A stretch of 64,000 nt of DNA from Candidatus Gugararchaeum adminiculabundum (GTDB taxonomy: Archaea > Micrarchaeota > Micrarchaeia > Burarchaeales > Gugararchaeaceae). The notes beneath the pieces are model-generated. The model did no database searches. It saw only the letters and a program-made list of their open reading frames with translations, and was not told the origin of the DNA. Positions 36,808-45,527 of this stretch are shown here, piece by piece. The position numbers were made by a program, and so were the translations under genes. The DNA is taken from NCBI GenBank assembly GCA_902384795.1, contig CABMDC010000001.1, forward strand, positions 79,429-143,428. The letters run 5' to 3'. Each line of letters opens with the position of its first letter. Positions within the stretch are counted from its first letter, which is position 1.

Positions 36808-38106
36808 ATGATGCTCGAATCGCTAGCCTTACTAGCCCTGGACCCGGCTGCCATAGCCTACAACTTTGCTAACGGCTGGGGGCCTATAGCGCTAATCGCC
36901 TTAGCAGTCTCCTTCATCACCACCGCCCTGTCATTCATGTTCTCCGACGTCCTGAACTCCCCTGAGCTGAAGGCCTGGGCGAAAAACGAGCTGAACGAGG
37001 CGCTGATTTCCGGCTTCCTGGTGATTTCCCTCCTGACCCTTCTCACCATCTCAAGCAGCCTGATCCAGGGAATGACCGGCTCCAACGATCATTTTGCGCT
37101 CGGCAGGGAATACCTGGAATTCATGCACACCCGCCTGCGCACCCTCTACTATTCCATGCTCTGGAAGGATTTCTACATCGGCATCATCTCCTCCATGGGA
37201 ATGTCGGTTCCTGTGCCCGAGCCGGGAATACTGAACATAGGAATGCAGCTCCAGCCCCTGCTCGGGCTGATGCAGATAAACAACGCGCTCACGCTCCTGC
37301 TCGATTCGGTTGCGGTAATGGAAGTTTCCATCGTCGCGCAGCAGGCGATACTGGATTTCGTGCGAGACTACGCACTCCTGGTTTTCCTGCCCATAGGGCT
37401 CACCCTGCGCGCGTTCGTGCTCACGCGCAAGGTCGGCTCGACCCTTATCGCCGTCGCAGTGGCCATGGCGCTGGTCTATCCCCTTGCGCTCTACCTGAAC
37501 CTGCAAATAATCGAGAATACCAGCATGGCGCCGCACCAGGTGAACCCCTATTTCTACAACGAGTCCTACAAAAAAGGCTCGGTCCTGACCGATACGCAGA
37601 AAGGCGTTTTCGGAGGGCTCAACCTGGAGCTTTCCCAGTCGGACAGCATTCTCAAGCCCAGCGATAGCTGCCCTGACGGGACCTCGCCGGTTTCCACCTC
37701 CGATTCCATCGCAGGCCTGCGCTCGTGCTTTGTGAAACAGGTCGTTGAATACGACCCGTACAACAAGAATAGCGGGGTCAACTGCGACCCTTCGTTCTAC
37801 TCGTGCAAGCTGGCGGCCGCCTACAGCAACGCGAAAATGTTCATGAAAAACATTTATGTGAAATCAGTCACCTTCTTCAAGACAATGTACACGTTCATCT
37901 CGAATTTCATGTTCTTCTCGCCAGCGGATTACGCGAACATGGCCTATGCGAGCCTGATGACAGACCTCGACCCGGTAATGCAATTGATGGTCGCGGCAGT
38001 CCTTCTCCCGTTCCTGGACATCATAATCGTTGTGACATTTTTCCGGAGCATCTCGCTCACGCTTGGCGGAGAGGCGCAGCTGTTCGGAATGCAGAAATAC
38101 GTTTAG
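36808..38106 (+). CDS. Polytopic membrane protein, paralog 1 of 6 of a novel family (AWAKNE / LPxGxxLRxFxxTR motifs)
   Basis: 432 aa with about 5-6 TM segments. AWAKNE at 36973-36990. FLPIGLTLRAFVLTRKVGSTLIAVAVAMALVYP. A large Cys-containing extracytoplasmic loop. TATA aataattttta about 30 bp upstream. Confidence 0.8.
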   Translation: MMLESLALLALDPAAIAYNFANGWGPIALIALAVSFITTALSFMFSDVLNSPELKAWAKNELNEALISGFLVISLLTLLTISSSLIQGMTGSNDHFALGREYLEFMHTRLRTLYYSMLWKDFYIGIISSMGMSVPVPEPGILNIGMQLQPLLGLMQINNALTLLLDSVAVMEVSIVAQQAILDFVRDYALLVFLPIGLTLRAFVLTRKVGSTLIAVAVAMALVYPLALYLNLQIIENTSMAPHQVNPYFYNESYKKGSVLTDTQKGVFGGLNLELSQSDSILKPSDSCPDGTSPVSTSDSIAGLRSCFVKQVVEYDPYNKNSGVNCDPSFYSCKLAAAYSNAKMFMKNIYVKSVTFFKTMYTFISNFMFFSPADYANMAYASLMTDLDPVMQLMVAAVLLPFLDIIIVVTFFRSISLTLGGEAQLFGMQKYV

Positions 38107-38214
38107 TGGTTAAAATAAAAAATGAAACAGAAAATGGGATGAAGAATGGAAACAAAAAACGAAAGATGAAAAATAAACTGAAATAAAAAGAATCGAAGCA
38201 TGGGATGAAGCAAA
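38107..38214 (+). repeat. Purine-only (A/G) spacer with reiterated ATGAAA/ATGGAA units between paralogs 1 and 2
   Basis: The + strand is almost entirely A and G. Contains a K-rich mini-ORF (MKNGNKKRKMKNKLK). Confidence 0.6.
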
Positions 38215-39102
38215 ATGGTCTGTGACATAAACGTGGGATTCAACCTGGACGTGGGCATTGCGCTAATGCTCATGCTGCTATTGGTCTCCATAGCCTACAT
38301 GCTTTCCCAGGCTTTCAAGCGCCAGGACTGGGAGCTTTGGGCGCGCATGGAACTGGTGCAGGTCGGAGTCTCATTCCTTATCGTGATTTTCATAGGCGGC
38401 TTTGCCTATTCCATGTGCAGCGCGTCTGTTTTCCTGGCAGGCGGCGACCCTTTTGAAATCAGCGAGCAGTACATCTCAAACATCAACTGGCACTACCTGT
38501 TCCCCGCACATTACCAGCTCCAGGTTTTGAGCTTCCAGTCAAGCGCGCTTTCAACGCTTTACACAAAATTTGGCACTGGCAACTGGAATTTCCAATTCCC
38601 CGTTTTCCCCGGAGTGGGGGGAATTTCCCAGGTGAGCACAACGCTCATGGTCATGCTGAGCCCCATAAGCCTGAGCATGGTTTCGCAGCTGGTGCTACTC
38701 CAGTTCATACAGACCATCGCCCTGCAGGCGATCCTTCCGGTCGGGCTCATACTGCGGATTTTCCCGGTCACGCGCGATGCCGGCTCGTTCCTGATCGCGA
38801 GCGCAATCGCGTTCTACATAATTTTCCCCTGGACCTATGTGGTGAATGCCAAGGCGTTCGAATCGATCTGGGGCAATGACCCGATTGCAAAAATGACCGA
38901 AAGCGTAAATGCCCATTTCTCCATGGCGAATTTCATGCCGGGATTTTTCACAGGTTTCATGAACCCCGAACGATTCATGCTCCTCTACGCGACGCTCGCG
39001 CGCACAATCCCCCAGGCGCTTTTCCTGCCCGCGCTTTCCATGGTGATCACGGTCACGTTCATCAAGGCGTTCACCAAAGTGATGATTCGGAAATTGAATT
39101 GA
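38215..39102 (+). CDS. Polytopic membrane protein, paralog 2 of 6 (shortest, 295 aa)
   Basis: YMLSQAFKRQDWELWARMEL and ILPVGLILRIFPVTRDAGSFLIASAIAFYIIFP. Lacks the C-terminal LTxLI tail. Confidence 0.75.
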   Translation: MVCDINVGFNLDVGIALMLMLLLVSIAYMLSQAFKRQDWELWARMELVQVGVSFLIVIFIGGFAYSMCSASVFLAGGDPFEISEQYISNINWHYLFPAHYQLQVLSFQSSALSTLYTKFGTGNWNFQFPVFPGVGGISQVSTTLMVMLSPISLSMVSQLVLLQFIQTIALQAILPVGLILRIFPVTRDAGSFLIASAIAFYIIFPWTYVVNAKAFESIWGNDPIAKMTESVNAHFSMANFMPGFFTGFMNPERFMLLYATLARTIPQALFLPALSMVITVTFIKAFTKVMIRKLN

Positions 39103-39121
39103 CATTATTAGGTTGGTTGAA

Positions 39122-40357
39122 ATGACGGCATTGCTCGCAATTTCGGTATTCGGGCTATGGAGCTCGTGGTTTGCGGTAGCCATGCTCGCGGTCGTCATTT
39201 CCTTTTTCGTTGTCGCGTTTGTTTACATGGTAAGCCGGATTCTTTCGAGCCCGCAGCTGCTGGCCTGGGCAAAGCAGGAGCTGGGGCAGGCAATCGCGTC
39301 CGCGGCGATAGTTGCCGGCCTGCTGGCGTTCCTTTTCCTGTTCAACCAGGTGATCGTAGGGGTGGTGAATTCCGAAGTCCAGGGCGGCGGCCCGCTTTCG
39401 GCAAGCGGTGTCATATGCAACGACCAGCACATCGACACCTGCCACGTCGACCTCGCGCTCTATTACGTCGACCTCATGTTCCTGAATGTGGAGGCCATGA
39501 GCAATTCAATCCTAAGGATGCACTCGCTCGCCATGATGTGGGGCAACACCATCGTCTATTCCGAACAATTAATAGAGCCCTGGGGCAGCTTCACCATCCA
39601 GCCGTTTGCCAGCGTGACCATTATCGCCGAAACCCTGGGGGTCGCGTTTGACATCCTTATGAAATCCATGTTCATCATCCGCATCCAATACTACCTCCTG
39701 TGGTATTTGCGCGAGGCCATTTTCCCGGTGCTCCTGGTGTTCGGGGTGATCCTGCGCACATTCTTTTTCACGCGCAGGCTCGGGGGCCTGCTCATCGCCA
39801 TCGCCATCTGCTCCTACATAATAATGCCCATGATGTACATCGCCGGCTTCATGCTCCTCAGCCAGAATACGGACGGCAATTACGTGGCGTTCCTGGACAC
39901 CTCCAAGCTCGAGGCAATCTCCTCGCCCACCTTTGACATAACCACGGACCCGAACTATGCCCAGGGCATGAGCCTGGATGCCGCGGGCCAGAGCAAGTTC
40001 AACCTGATGATCAAGCGGATCAAGCAGTTCACCCAATCAGGGCTGGTCAAGTCATTCGGGAACAGCATTGCGCCTGATTTGTCTGACGCCAACAAAATTG
40101 CCAAAGACCCCTATAACCCAACTGTGCTCAGGCCCGAATGCCTTTTGACCCGGCCCGAGCCGGAGCGCGACACGGTAATCTGCGACAACACCTGGCTGCT
40201 TTCCAAGAACGGGGTGCTCGGCTCGGTCGCGCTGCTGCTGATCTATGCCTCAGTCATCCCATTCATCGCAATGCTCGCAACCATCACCGGAATAAAGAGC
40301 CTGTCACCGCTGCTCGGAGGGGACGTGGAAATAGCAGGCCTGACCCATTTGATTTAA
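39122..40357 (+). CDS. Polytopic membrane protein, paralog 3 of 6
   Basis: YMVSRILSSPQLLAWAKQEL. LLVFGVILRTFFFTRRLGGLLIAIAICSYIIMP. C-terminal GDVEIAGLTHLI. SD AGGTTGG lies 6 nt before ATG 39122. Confidence 0.8.
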   Translation: MTALLAISVFGLWSSWFAVAMLAVVISFFVVAFVYMVSRILSSPQLLAWAKQELGQAIASAAIVAGLLAFLFLFNQVIVGVVNSEVQGGGPLSASGVICNDQHIDTCHVDLALYYVDLMFLNVEAMSNSILRMHSLAMMWGNTIVYSEQLIEPWGSFTIQPFASVTIIAETLGVAFDILMKSMFIIRIQYYLLWYLREAIFPVLLVFGVILRTFFFTRRLGGLLIAIAICSYIIMPMMYIAGFMLLSQNTDGNYVAFLDTSKLEAISSPTFDITTDPNYAQGMSLDAAGQSKFNLMIKRIKQFTQSGLVKSFGNSIAPDLSDANKIAKDPYNPTVLRPECLLTRPEPERDTVICDNTWLLSKNGVLGSVALLLIYASVIPFIAMLATITGIKSLSPLLGGDVEIAGLTHLI

Positions 40358-40428
40358 TTTGAATAAAATAAAACGAAGTGAAATAAAATGGAAAAAGTAA
40401 GAAAACGGAAAAGATAAAGTGAAATGAA
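40358..40428 (+). repeat. Purine-only spacer between paralogs 3 and 4
   Basis: gaataaaataaaacgaagtgaaataaaatggaaaaagtaagaaaacggaaaagataaagtgaaatgaaatgg. A/G-only with ATG-initiated K/R-rich mini-ORFs. Confidence 0.6.
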
Positions 40429-41721
40429 ATGGAAGAAAAAATAGAAAACAAAAAAACAAACGCGCGCGCAAGGATTCCCGAGCTCGTGCTTCTTTCGCTA
40501 TTGGTGATCGCATCCTTCTACGTTCCGTTCGCGCTCGCGCTTCCGGCAATTCCCACCGCTTCTCTCCAAATAGTCCCCTCCGGAACAATAACCGCGCTGC
40601 CCGAGGACACAACCTCTGTTCCAAAAACCGATTTGGGAAGCGGGTTCGGCCAGGCGCTCAGCTGCGACGCTTCCTCCATTTTCAGCTTCAGCTGGCTTCC
40701 CATGGCGCTGGTGGCAATACTTGCGGTCATACTGATGCTCGCGCTGGCCTACATGATGTCCGTGATTTTCGCGCTCCAGCCCCTGGCGGTGTGGGCAAAG
40801 AACGAGGCAAGCCAAATCGCGGTCACAACCCTGCTAATCATACTGCTTCTCCCCTCAACGCAAGTTTTCTCCAATCTCGGTTGCGCCATACACAAGGAAA
40901 ACACCTTTGACCGCGCCATCGGCTATGTGAAATCAGTGAGGATGAAACTGCTGGTCGATTTCGGGGCCCTCACATCGCTCAATGTTTTCATAGGCCTGAT
41001 CTCCTCGGTGCAGATCAACCTCACCCCGCTGCGTATGGGCGTGTTCTTCAGCTTCGGCTCTGCGTTCAAGCCGATACTTGACTGGATCGGAATCGGCTCC
41101 CAGGCGATGCTTCTGGGAATAGGCGAAATGACCGTGCACGAGCTCGCGCTCTATTTCGTGCGCGACCAGATGTTCGCGCTCTTCCTGCCCCTGGGAATTT
41201 TCCTGCGCAGCACGCCTTTCACGCGCAGGACAGGCAGCGCGCTCATTGCCATTGCCATCGGGCTTTACTTCGTTCTCCCAATCACGCTCCTGGTGAACCA
41301 GGTCATCTACGACGACCACTATGGAAGATATGCGGATGATTTCGCGGCCTATGCCAAGGCCTATGGGCTCGGGGACGTCTGCGCTCCCACCCAGACCTCA
41401 TCCCTGGCCGCCCCCTGCCTTTCGCGCAGCATCGCATCCCCTATTTTGATTTACGTCCATAATTTCATGACGCACTTCGGGCTTCTCACAATCATGGGCC
41501 TAGCCTTCGGCGTGCTCGCCCAGGCGGCCACTGCCCCGCTCATAGTCGCCGGCATGGTCACGCTGGTGTTCTCGGTTGCCAATGATTTGATTTTCATGCT
41601 GGTGATATTCTGCATACTGCTGCCGATCATAAACATCACGCTCACGCTTTCATTCATAGCATCGCTTGCCAAGGCGCTGGACAGCGACATAAATCTGAGC
41701 GCGCTGACAAAATTGATTTGA
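40429..41721 (+). CDS. Polytopic membrane protein, paralog 4 of 6 (extra N-terminal signal/TM segment)
   Basis: YMMSVIFALQPLAVWAKNE. FLPLGIFLRSTPFTRRTGSALIAIAIGLYFVLP. C-terminal DINLSALTKLI. Confidence 0.8.
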   Translation: MEEKIENKKTNARARIPELVLLSLLVIASFYVPFALALPAIPTASLQIVPSGTITALPEDTTSVPKTDLGSGFGQALSCDASSIFSFSWLPMALVAILAVILMLALAYMMSVIFALQPLAVWAKNEASQIAVTTLLIILLLPSTQVFSNLGCAIHKENTFDRAIGYVKSVRMKLLVDFGALTSLNVFIGLISSVQINLTPLRMGVFFSFGSAFKPILDWIGIGSQAMLLGIGEMTVHELALYFVRDQMFALFLPLGIFLRSTPFTRRTGSALIAIAIGLYFVLPITLLVNQVIYDDHYGRYADDFAAYAKAYGLGDVCAPTQTSSLAAPCLSRSIASPILIYVHNFMTHFGLLTIMGLAFGVLAQAATAPLIVAGMVTLVFSVANDLIFMLVIFCILLPIINITLTLSFIASLAKALDSDINLSALTKLI

Positions 41722-41840
41722 AAAATAAAAATGGAAAGAATGGAAATGAAAAAATGGAAGAAAAAAAGAAAATAAAAAGAAAATGAAAAACAGAAAATAG
41801 AATTTAAATGAAAAAATGAAAATAAGAAGAGGAATAGATT
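41722..41840 (+). repeat. Purine-only spacer between paralogs 4 and 5
   Basis: 119 nt of A/G with repeated (a)atggaa / atgaaaa units. Contains the mini-ORF MERMEMKKWKKKRK. Confidence 0.6.
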
Positions 41841-43208
41841 ATGATTGAAATATTGGCTCTGCAAGGAATACAAAAATTCACGACCCTCCTAGACGCACTC
41901 CCGCTTCCAGGCCAGTTCCTTCCCACTAGCAATGCACCGGATCTCGCCTGCACGCTTGCGAAGCCGGTTGCAACCGCCTGGGATTCCGTGAGCCAGGGCA
42001 TCCCCTGCATGTGCCACTCCTCCTGGGTCAGCAATTCGTGGCAGGTAAACTGGTTCGCCTGGCAGGGCATAGGCCTCCTGGCGATCATGATCGGCGCGTT
42101 CCTAATTGCGGTCGTTTACATGCTAAGCGAAATCCTCGGGGGCATGAACCTCCTTGCCTGGCACAGGATGGAAGTAACCCCTCCGCCATCGGGCAATGCC
42201 GGAATGAAGGCCTGGGCAAAAAATGAGATGTTCCAGGTTTTCACCACTGCGATAATCTTCCTCAGCATAGTGGGGCTTGTGAATTTCGCCTGCGCAGTGA
42301 ACACCACTTCCATCTTCTTTTCAGGATACAAATATACCGCGCTGGATACGAACAATAACATAGTCCAGGTGCCCCCCTACCAGAACATGTTTGACGAGGC
42401 GATCCGCTACCTGGATTCGCTCTCCTTTTACTCGGGCTTTGCATTCCTCTATTCGTTTTTCAGCAATCTGGGAATCTCGTTCGTCCAGGGCTTCATCTGG
42501 ACAAGCAGGCCCGGAGGACTTGGCGTGATGGCCCAGCCCCTGGCAGGCCTTTCGCCGCTCATGAGTTCCTCGGGAATGGTGATGTCCACAACCATGATCG
42601 CCTTCCTGACCGCGGCAGTGCAAGTCCAGGTTCTCAGGTTTGTGCAGGCCACCATGCTCAGCGTTTTCCTTCCCATCGGTCTTCTCTGCCGGTGCATCGA
42701 GCCCCTGCGCGGGTTTGGCGGAATGCTCATCGGCCTTGCGCTGGTGATGTTCATCCTCTATCCTGCGCTGCTGGTGATGAACGAGGCGGTTGTCGCGCCA
42801 TCGCTTGCCTCCTACCAGTGGAGCGCGAATTTCTATTTCGAAAAAACAATCCCGGCCGAACCAGACCCAAACGACCCCACCAAGGAGATCCCGACCACCA
42901 TGTACGGAGTTGGCGGATTCGCCAACAAGTTTGCAGCCTCTGACCCTAACGACCCGAACAGCGGGGCAAGTTTCTTCTCAAGCCCTACGGCCTACTCCGC
43001 CAGCGCGCTTCCGAAAACAATGTTTGACAAACTGGTCTCCCCATTCAGCTACCTATACTCGGCAATAATCCGCCTTGTTGCGGTAATTTTCGTAGGAGTC
43101 TTCGCGCTCACGGCCCTGAATTTCGTGATACTCACCGCAGCCGTGCGCGAGCTTACAAAGCTTCTCGGAGAAGAAGCCGACATAACCAACCTGACAAGGA
43201 TGATATGA
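41841..43208 (+). CDS. Polytopic membrane protein, paralog 5 of 6 (extra Cys-containing N-terminal domain)
   Basis: YMLSEILGG...KAWAKNEM. FLPIGLLCRCIEPLRGFGGMLIGLALVMFILYP. C-terminal EADITNLTRMI. Confidence 0.8.
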   Translation: MIEILALQGIQKFTTLLDALPLPGQFLPTSNAPDLACTLAKPVATAWDSVSQGIPCMCHSSWVSNSWQVNWFAWQGIGLLAIMIGAFLIAVVYMLSEILGGMNLLAWHRMEVTPPPSGNAGMKAWAKNEMFQVFTTAIIFLSIVGLVNFACAVNTTSIFFSGYKYTALDTNNNIVQVPPYQNMFDEAIRYLDSLSFYSGFAFLYSFFSNLGISFVQGFIWTSRPGGLGVMAQPLAGLSPLMSSSGMVMSTTMIAFLTAAVQVQVLRFVQATMLSVFLPIGLLCRCIEPLRGFGGMLIGLALVMFILYPALLVMNEAVVAPSLASYQWSANFYFEKTIPAEPDPNDPTKEIPTTMYGVGGFANKFAASDPNDPNSGASFFSSPTAYSASALPKTMFDKLVSPFSYLYSAIIRLVAVIFVGVFALTALNFVILTAAVRELTKLLGEEADITNLTRMI

Positions 43209-44341
43209 TGCCCATGAATCTGATTCCATCTGCCATTGGCGGAATTCCCGCGCTGCTCCAGGGCGCCTCATTCATCGAGACCGGGCAGCCGGTGCAGGGC
43301 GGATTCCGCGACGTGTGGACAGGAAGCCTGGCCGGCGGCCAGAGCTGGGAATGGTACGCATTGGCGGCAATCATGCTCACATTTTTCGCAGCCCTGCTCA
43401 TGTACATGTTCTCCATCATCATGCAGTCGGACAGCATGAAGAAATGGGCGCAGAGGAATTTCATCGAAGTGCTCGCCTCGGTCCTCATAGTGGTTCTTCT
43501 CATGGGAATCGTTTCCGGAGTAATTGCCAGCGTCGGGGTACTTACCGAGACCATGGCGCACGACTACCATTTCGACCTGACCGTGATCGCCATGGGGAAA
43601 AATCCGCAAAGCCCGTTCGACCTGACCTACGCGTTCCTTTCAAAGCAGATAGGGTGCGAGAAGAAATACTTCATGTATTCCTACTGGGCGAACTATGCGG
43701 TCGAGTTCGTTGAGAAATCCACCATCGGCACCGTCTGGGGAGAGCCGATTTCCGGCTGGCCGCTCGCCCCGAGCACAAACCTGTTCCATTCCATCAACCA
43801 TTCCATCTCCTACCTGCTGATTGGGCAGTACCTCATGTGGCACCTGCTCTGGTTCTGCGAGCACACCATGTTCGTGTTCTTCCTCCCGCTCGGAATAGTC
43901 CTCAGGACCTTCCCGCTCACGCGCGGGGTCGGCGCATTTCTCATGGCGCTTGCCATCGGCATGTTCCTTATTCTTCCGCTCACTTTCTCCCTGCAGATCG
44001 TGCTCTATACTAGGGGGCTTCCGCAGACCGCGAGCAGCACGAGTTCTGTGACCGGCTGCGCGATCCAGCCGGTTTCCGCGGACATGAGCGCCCTGGTGCA
44101 GGAGCAGTGCAACAACGGGGAGGCAAGCACCGTGGGCGCGCAGGTTTACGAATACCTGAAAAACAGGGACAAGTCCATCGGCATGGGCGAGCGCCTGAAA
44201 GCCGAATTGACTATGCTCACATTCATCCCCTTCTGGTTCGCGCTCGCGGCGGTAATGACCCTGACCGCGGTGCGCGCCATGGCGCAGCTTTTCGGGACAG
44301 ACACGCAGGAGCTGGGCAGGGGAATGTTCAAATTGCTGTAG
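43205..44341 (+). CDS. Polytopic membrane protein, paralog 6 of 6
   Basis: YMFSIIMQSDSMKKWAQRNF. FLPLGIVLRTFPLTRGVGAFLMALAIGMFLILP. Overlaps paralog 5 by 4 nt (ATGA), indicating translational coupling. Confidence 0.8.
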   Translation: MMPMNLIPSAIGGIPALLQGASFIETGQPVQGGFRDVWTGSLAGGQSWEWYALAAIMLTFFAALLMYMFSIIMQSDSMKKWAQRNFIEVLASVLIVVLLMGIVSGVIASVGVLTETMAHDYHFDLTVIAMGKNPQSPFDLTYAFLSKQIGCEKKYFMYSYWANYAVEFVEKSTIGTVWGEPISGWPLAPSTNLFHSINHSISYLLIGQYLMWHLLWFCEHTMFVFFLPLGIVLRTFPLTRGVGAFLMALAIGMFLILPLTFSLQIVLYTRGLPQTASSTSSVTGCAIQPVSADMSALVQEQCNNGEASTVGAQVYEYLKNRDKSIGMGERLKAELTMLTFIPFWFALAAVMTLTAVRAMAQLFGTDTQELGRGMFKLL

Positions 44342-44404
44342 AGCGCACAGTGTACGAACAGAACCGCTCTACCCTTTCAATATCCAGAGCGAAACCATAA
44401 CTCC

Positions 44405-44448
44405 GCGAAGCAAGACTCCGAAGGCGCAGCTTCGTCGCTTGCTTCGCT
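44405..44448 (+). terminator. Nested inverted repeat gcgaagcaag ... cttgcttcgc downstream of the paralog array
   Basis: 10-bp arms separated by a roughly 24-nt loop that itself contains cgaagg...cttcg. Followed by an A-rich tract. Confidence 0.4.
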
Positions 44449-44515
44449 CTCTTGCCGTTCACTAAAAATAGAAAATAAAAAAAGAAGAAAAAAATAAAAA
44501 AAGAAATTCAGCCGC

Positions 44516-44920
44516 TTATTTCGCAGCTTCAAAATATTCCTTCACTGATTTGTCCACCCACAATATGTAGATGTAAATCAAGCCAATTATCGTTCCTACC
44601 GGAACTGCAGTGAGGTTCAGAACTGCGCCCACTGTGACAAGAATTCTTGCCCAGCTCTTTCCTTTCAAAAGCTGCAATGCGACGAAAATTCCAACGGCCC
44701 CGGCAACTATCATGAGCACTCCGAAGATCCCGAGCATTCCGGCTATCGCGGCAGCCATGCTTCCCATTCCCGCCTGTTCCAGCGCCTGGGTTATCGCCCC
44801 GGTCACCAGTCCTGCCGCGACTATGAGCAGCAATCCTGCTAGCGCCGCAACTGCGGATTCAATCGCAACGAGCGCTCCTATTATTGTCAATAATGTCGGC
44901 CTTTCCGCCACTAAAACCAC
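44516..44920 (-). CDS. Small membrane protein (134 aa, about 4 TM segments). GTG start.
   Basis: Hydrophobic Gly/Ala-rich TM segments. Shares a duplicated leader/promoter with the next gene. SD GAGGTGG lies 5 nt before GTG. Confidence 0.6.
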   Translation of the reverse strand: MVLVAERPTLLTIIGALVAIESAVAALAGLLLIVAAGLVTGAITQALEQAGMGSMAAAIAGMLGIFGVLMIVAGAVGIFVALQLLKGKSWARILVTVGAVLNLTAVPVGTIIGLIYIYILWVDKSVKEYFEAAK

Positions 44921-44972
44921 CTCTGGAATAAGTAGTCTCGTTACTTCCTATATTAATCTTTTCATCTGTGTT
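44908..44972 (-). promoter_or_regulatory. Promoter/leader copy 1 (TATA ttaatatagg plus SD GAGGTGG) for the 134-aa membrane protein gene
   Basis: A 25-nt core identical to that at 45315-45339, plus a conserved TATA element. Confidence 0.5.
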
Positions 44973-45033
44973 TCGATTAAGCAAAAGAGAAAAAAAAGAA
45001 AAAAAATATAAAGTAAAAAAGAAAAAGCCAGCT

Positions 45034-45327
45034 TCACCGGTCTTCCAGGCTTATGGGCGGCCTTTCATCCGTCAAAAGATAGTGGTACGATACGAACTCG
45101 AACATTTTCTTGACATAGCGCGCGCTCCACTTGTGGAAGCTTTCGCTTCTCTTTTTGGCGAACAATATGTGGAACCATTGCAGGAAAATGCAAAAAGCTC
45201 CAATGAACCCGACAATCATGAGCACCAGGTAAATCGGAATCCAGTAGACGCATCTCACCAGCAGTTCCATTCTGCTAGCGTTTTCCTCATAGCCGATATC
45301 GATTTTCACGCTTTCCACTAAAACCAC
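45034..45327 (-). CDS. Small membrane protein (97 aa, 2 TM segments). GTG start.
   Basis: The same leader CCACTAAAACCACCTCTGGAATAAG and TATA as the upstream gene. N-terminus MVLVE like its neighbour. Confidence 0.55.
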   Translation of the reverse strand: MVLVESVKIDIGYEENASRMELLVRCVYWIPIYLVLMIVGFIGAFCIFLQWFHILFAKKRSESFHKWSARYVKKMFEFVSYHYLLTDERPPISLEDR

Positions 45328-45380
45328 CTCTGGAATAAGAACTCGCTTTGCGCCCTATATTAATGTTTTCTTCCTTCGCA
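45315..45380 (-). promoter_or_regulatory. Promoter/leader copy 2 for the 97-aa membrane protein gene
   Basis: Duplicate of 44908-44972. Confidence 0.5.
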
Positions 45381-45527
45381 GTTCCGATCGGTTTCATTGC
45401 ATGGCCAACTTCGCTTTCCAGCATAGGCCCTGCAACCCTCATGATACGGTAAAAACAAGAAACCTTCGAAAAGCGGCTCGCGATCACTCGCTCGCAGTTT
45501 TTCTCAGCATTAGAGAAATAATTTTTC

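Noticed and set aside
34672-36872. Chain of + strand ORFs (34672-35442, 35462-36781, 36375-36872) antisense to leuS and the 387-aa gene
   Set aside because: F/H/C/R/P-rich low-information translations. The sense-strand genes have clear motifs (HIGH/KMSKS) or protein-like composition.
38107-41840. Possibility that the purine-rich repeated spacers are a CRISPR array or satellite
   Set aside because: The units are not regularly spaced direct repeats with unique spacers. They are homopurine intercistronic tracts between coding genes, and no cas genes are present.
45287-45487. 66-aa minus-strand ORF downstream of rtcB
   Set aside because: It contains a duplicated fragment of the RtcB C-terminus (MKPIGTAKEE) and overlaps the duplicated promoter. 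It is interpreted as a duplication remnant, not a gene.
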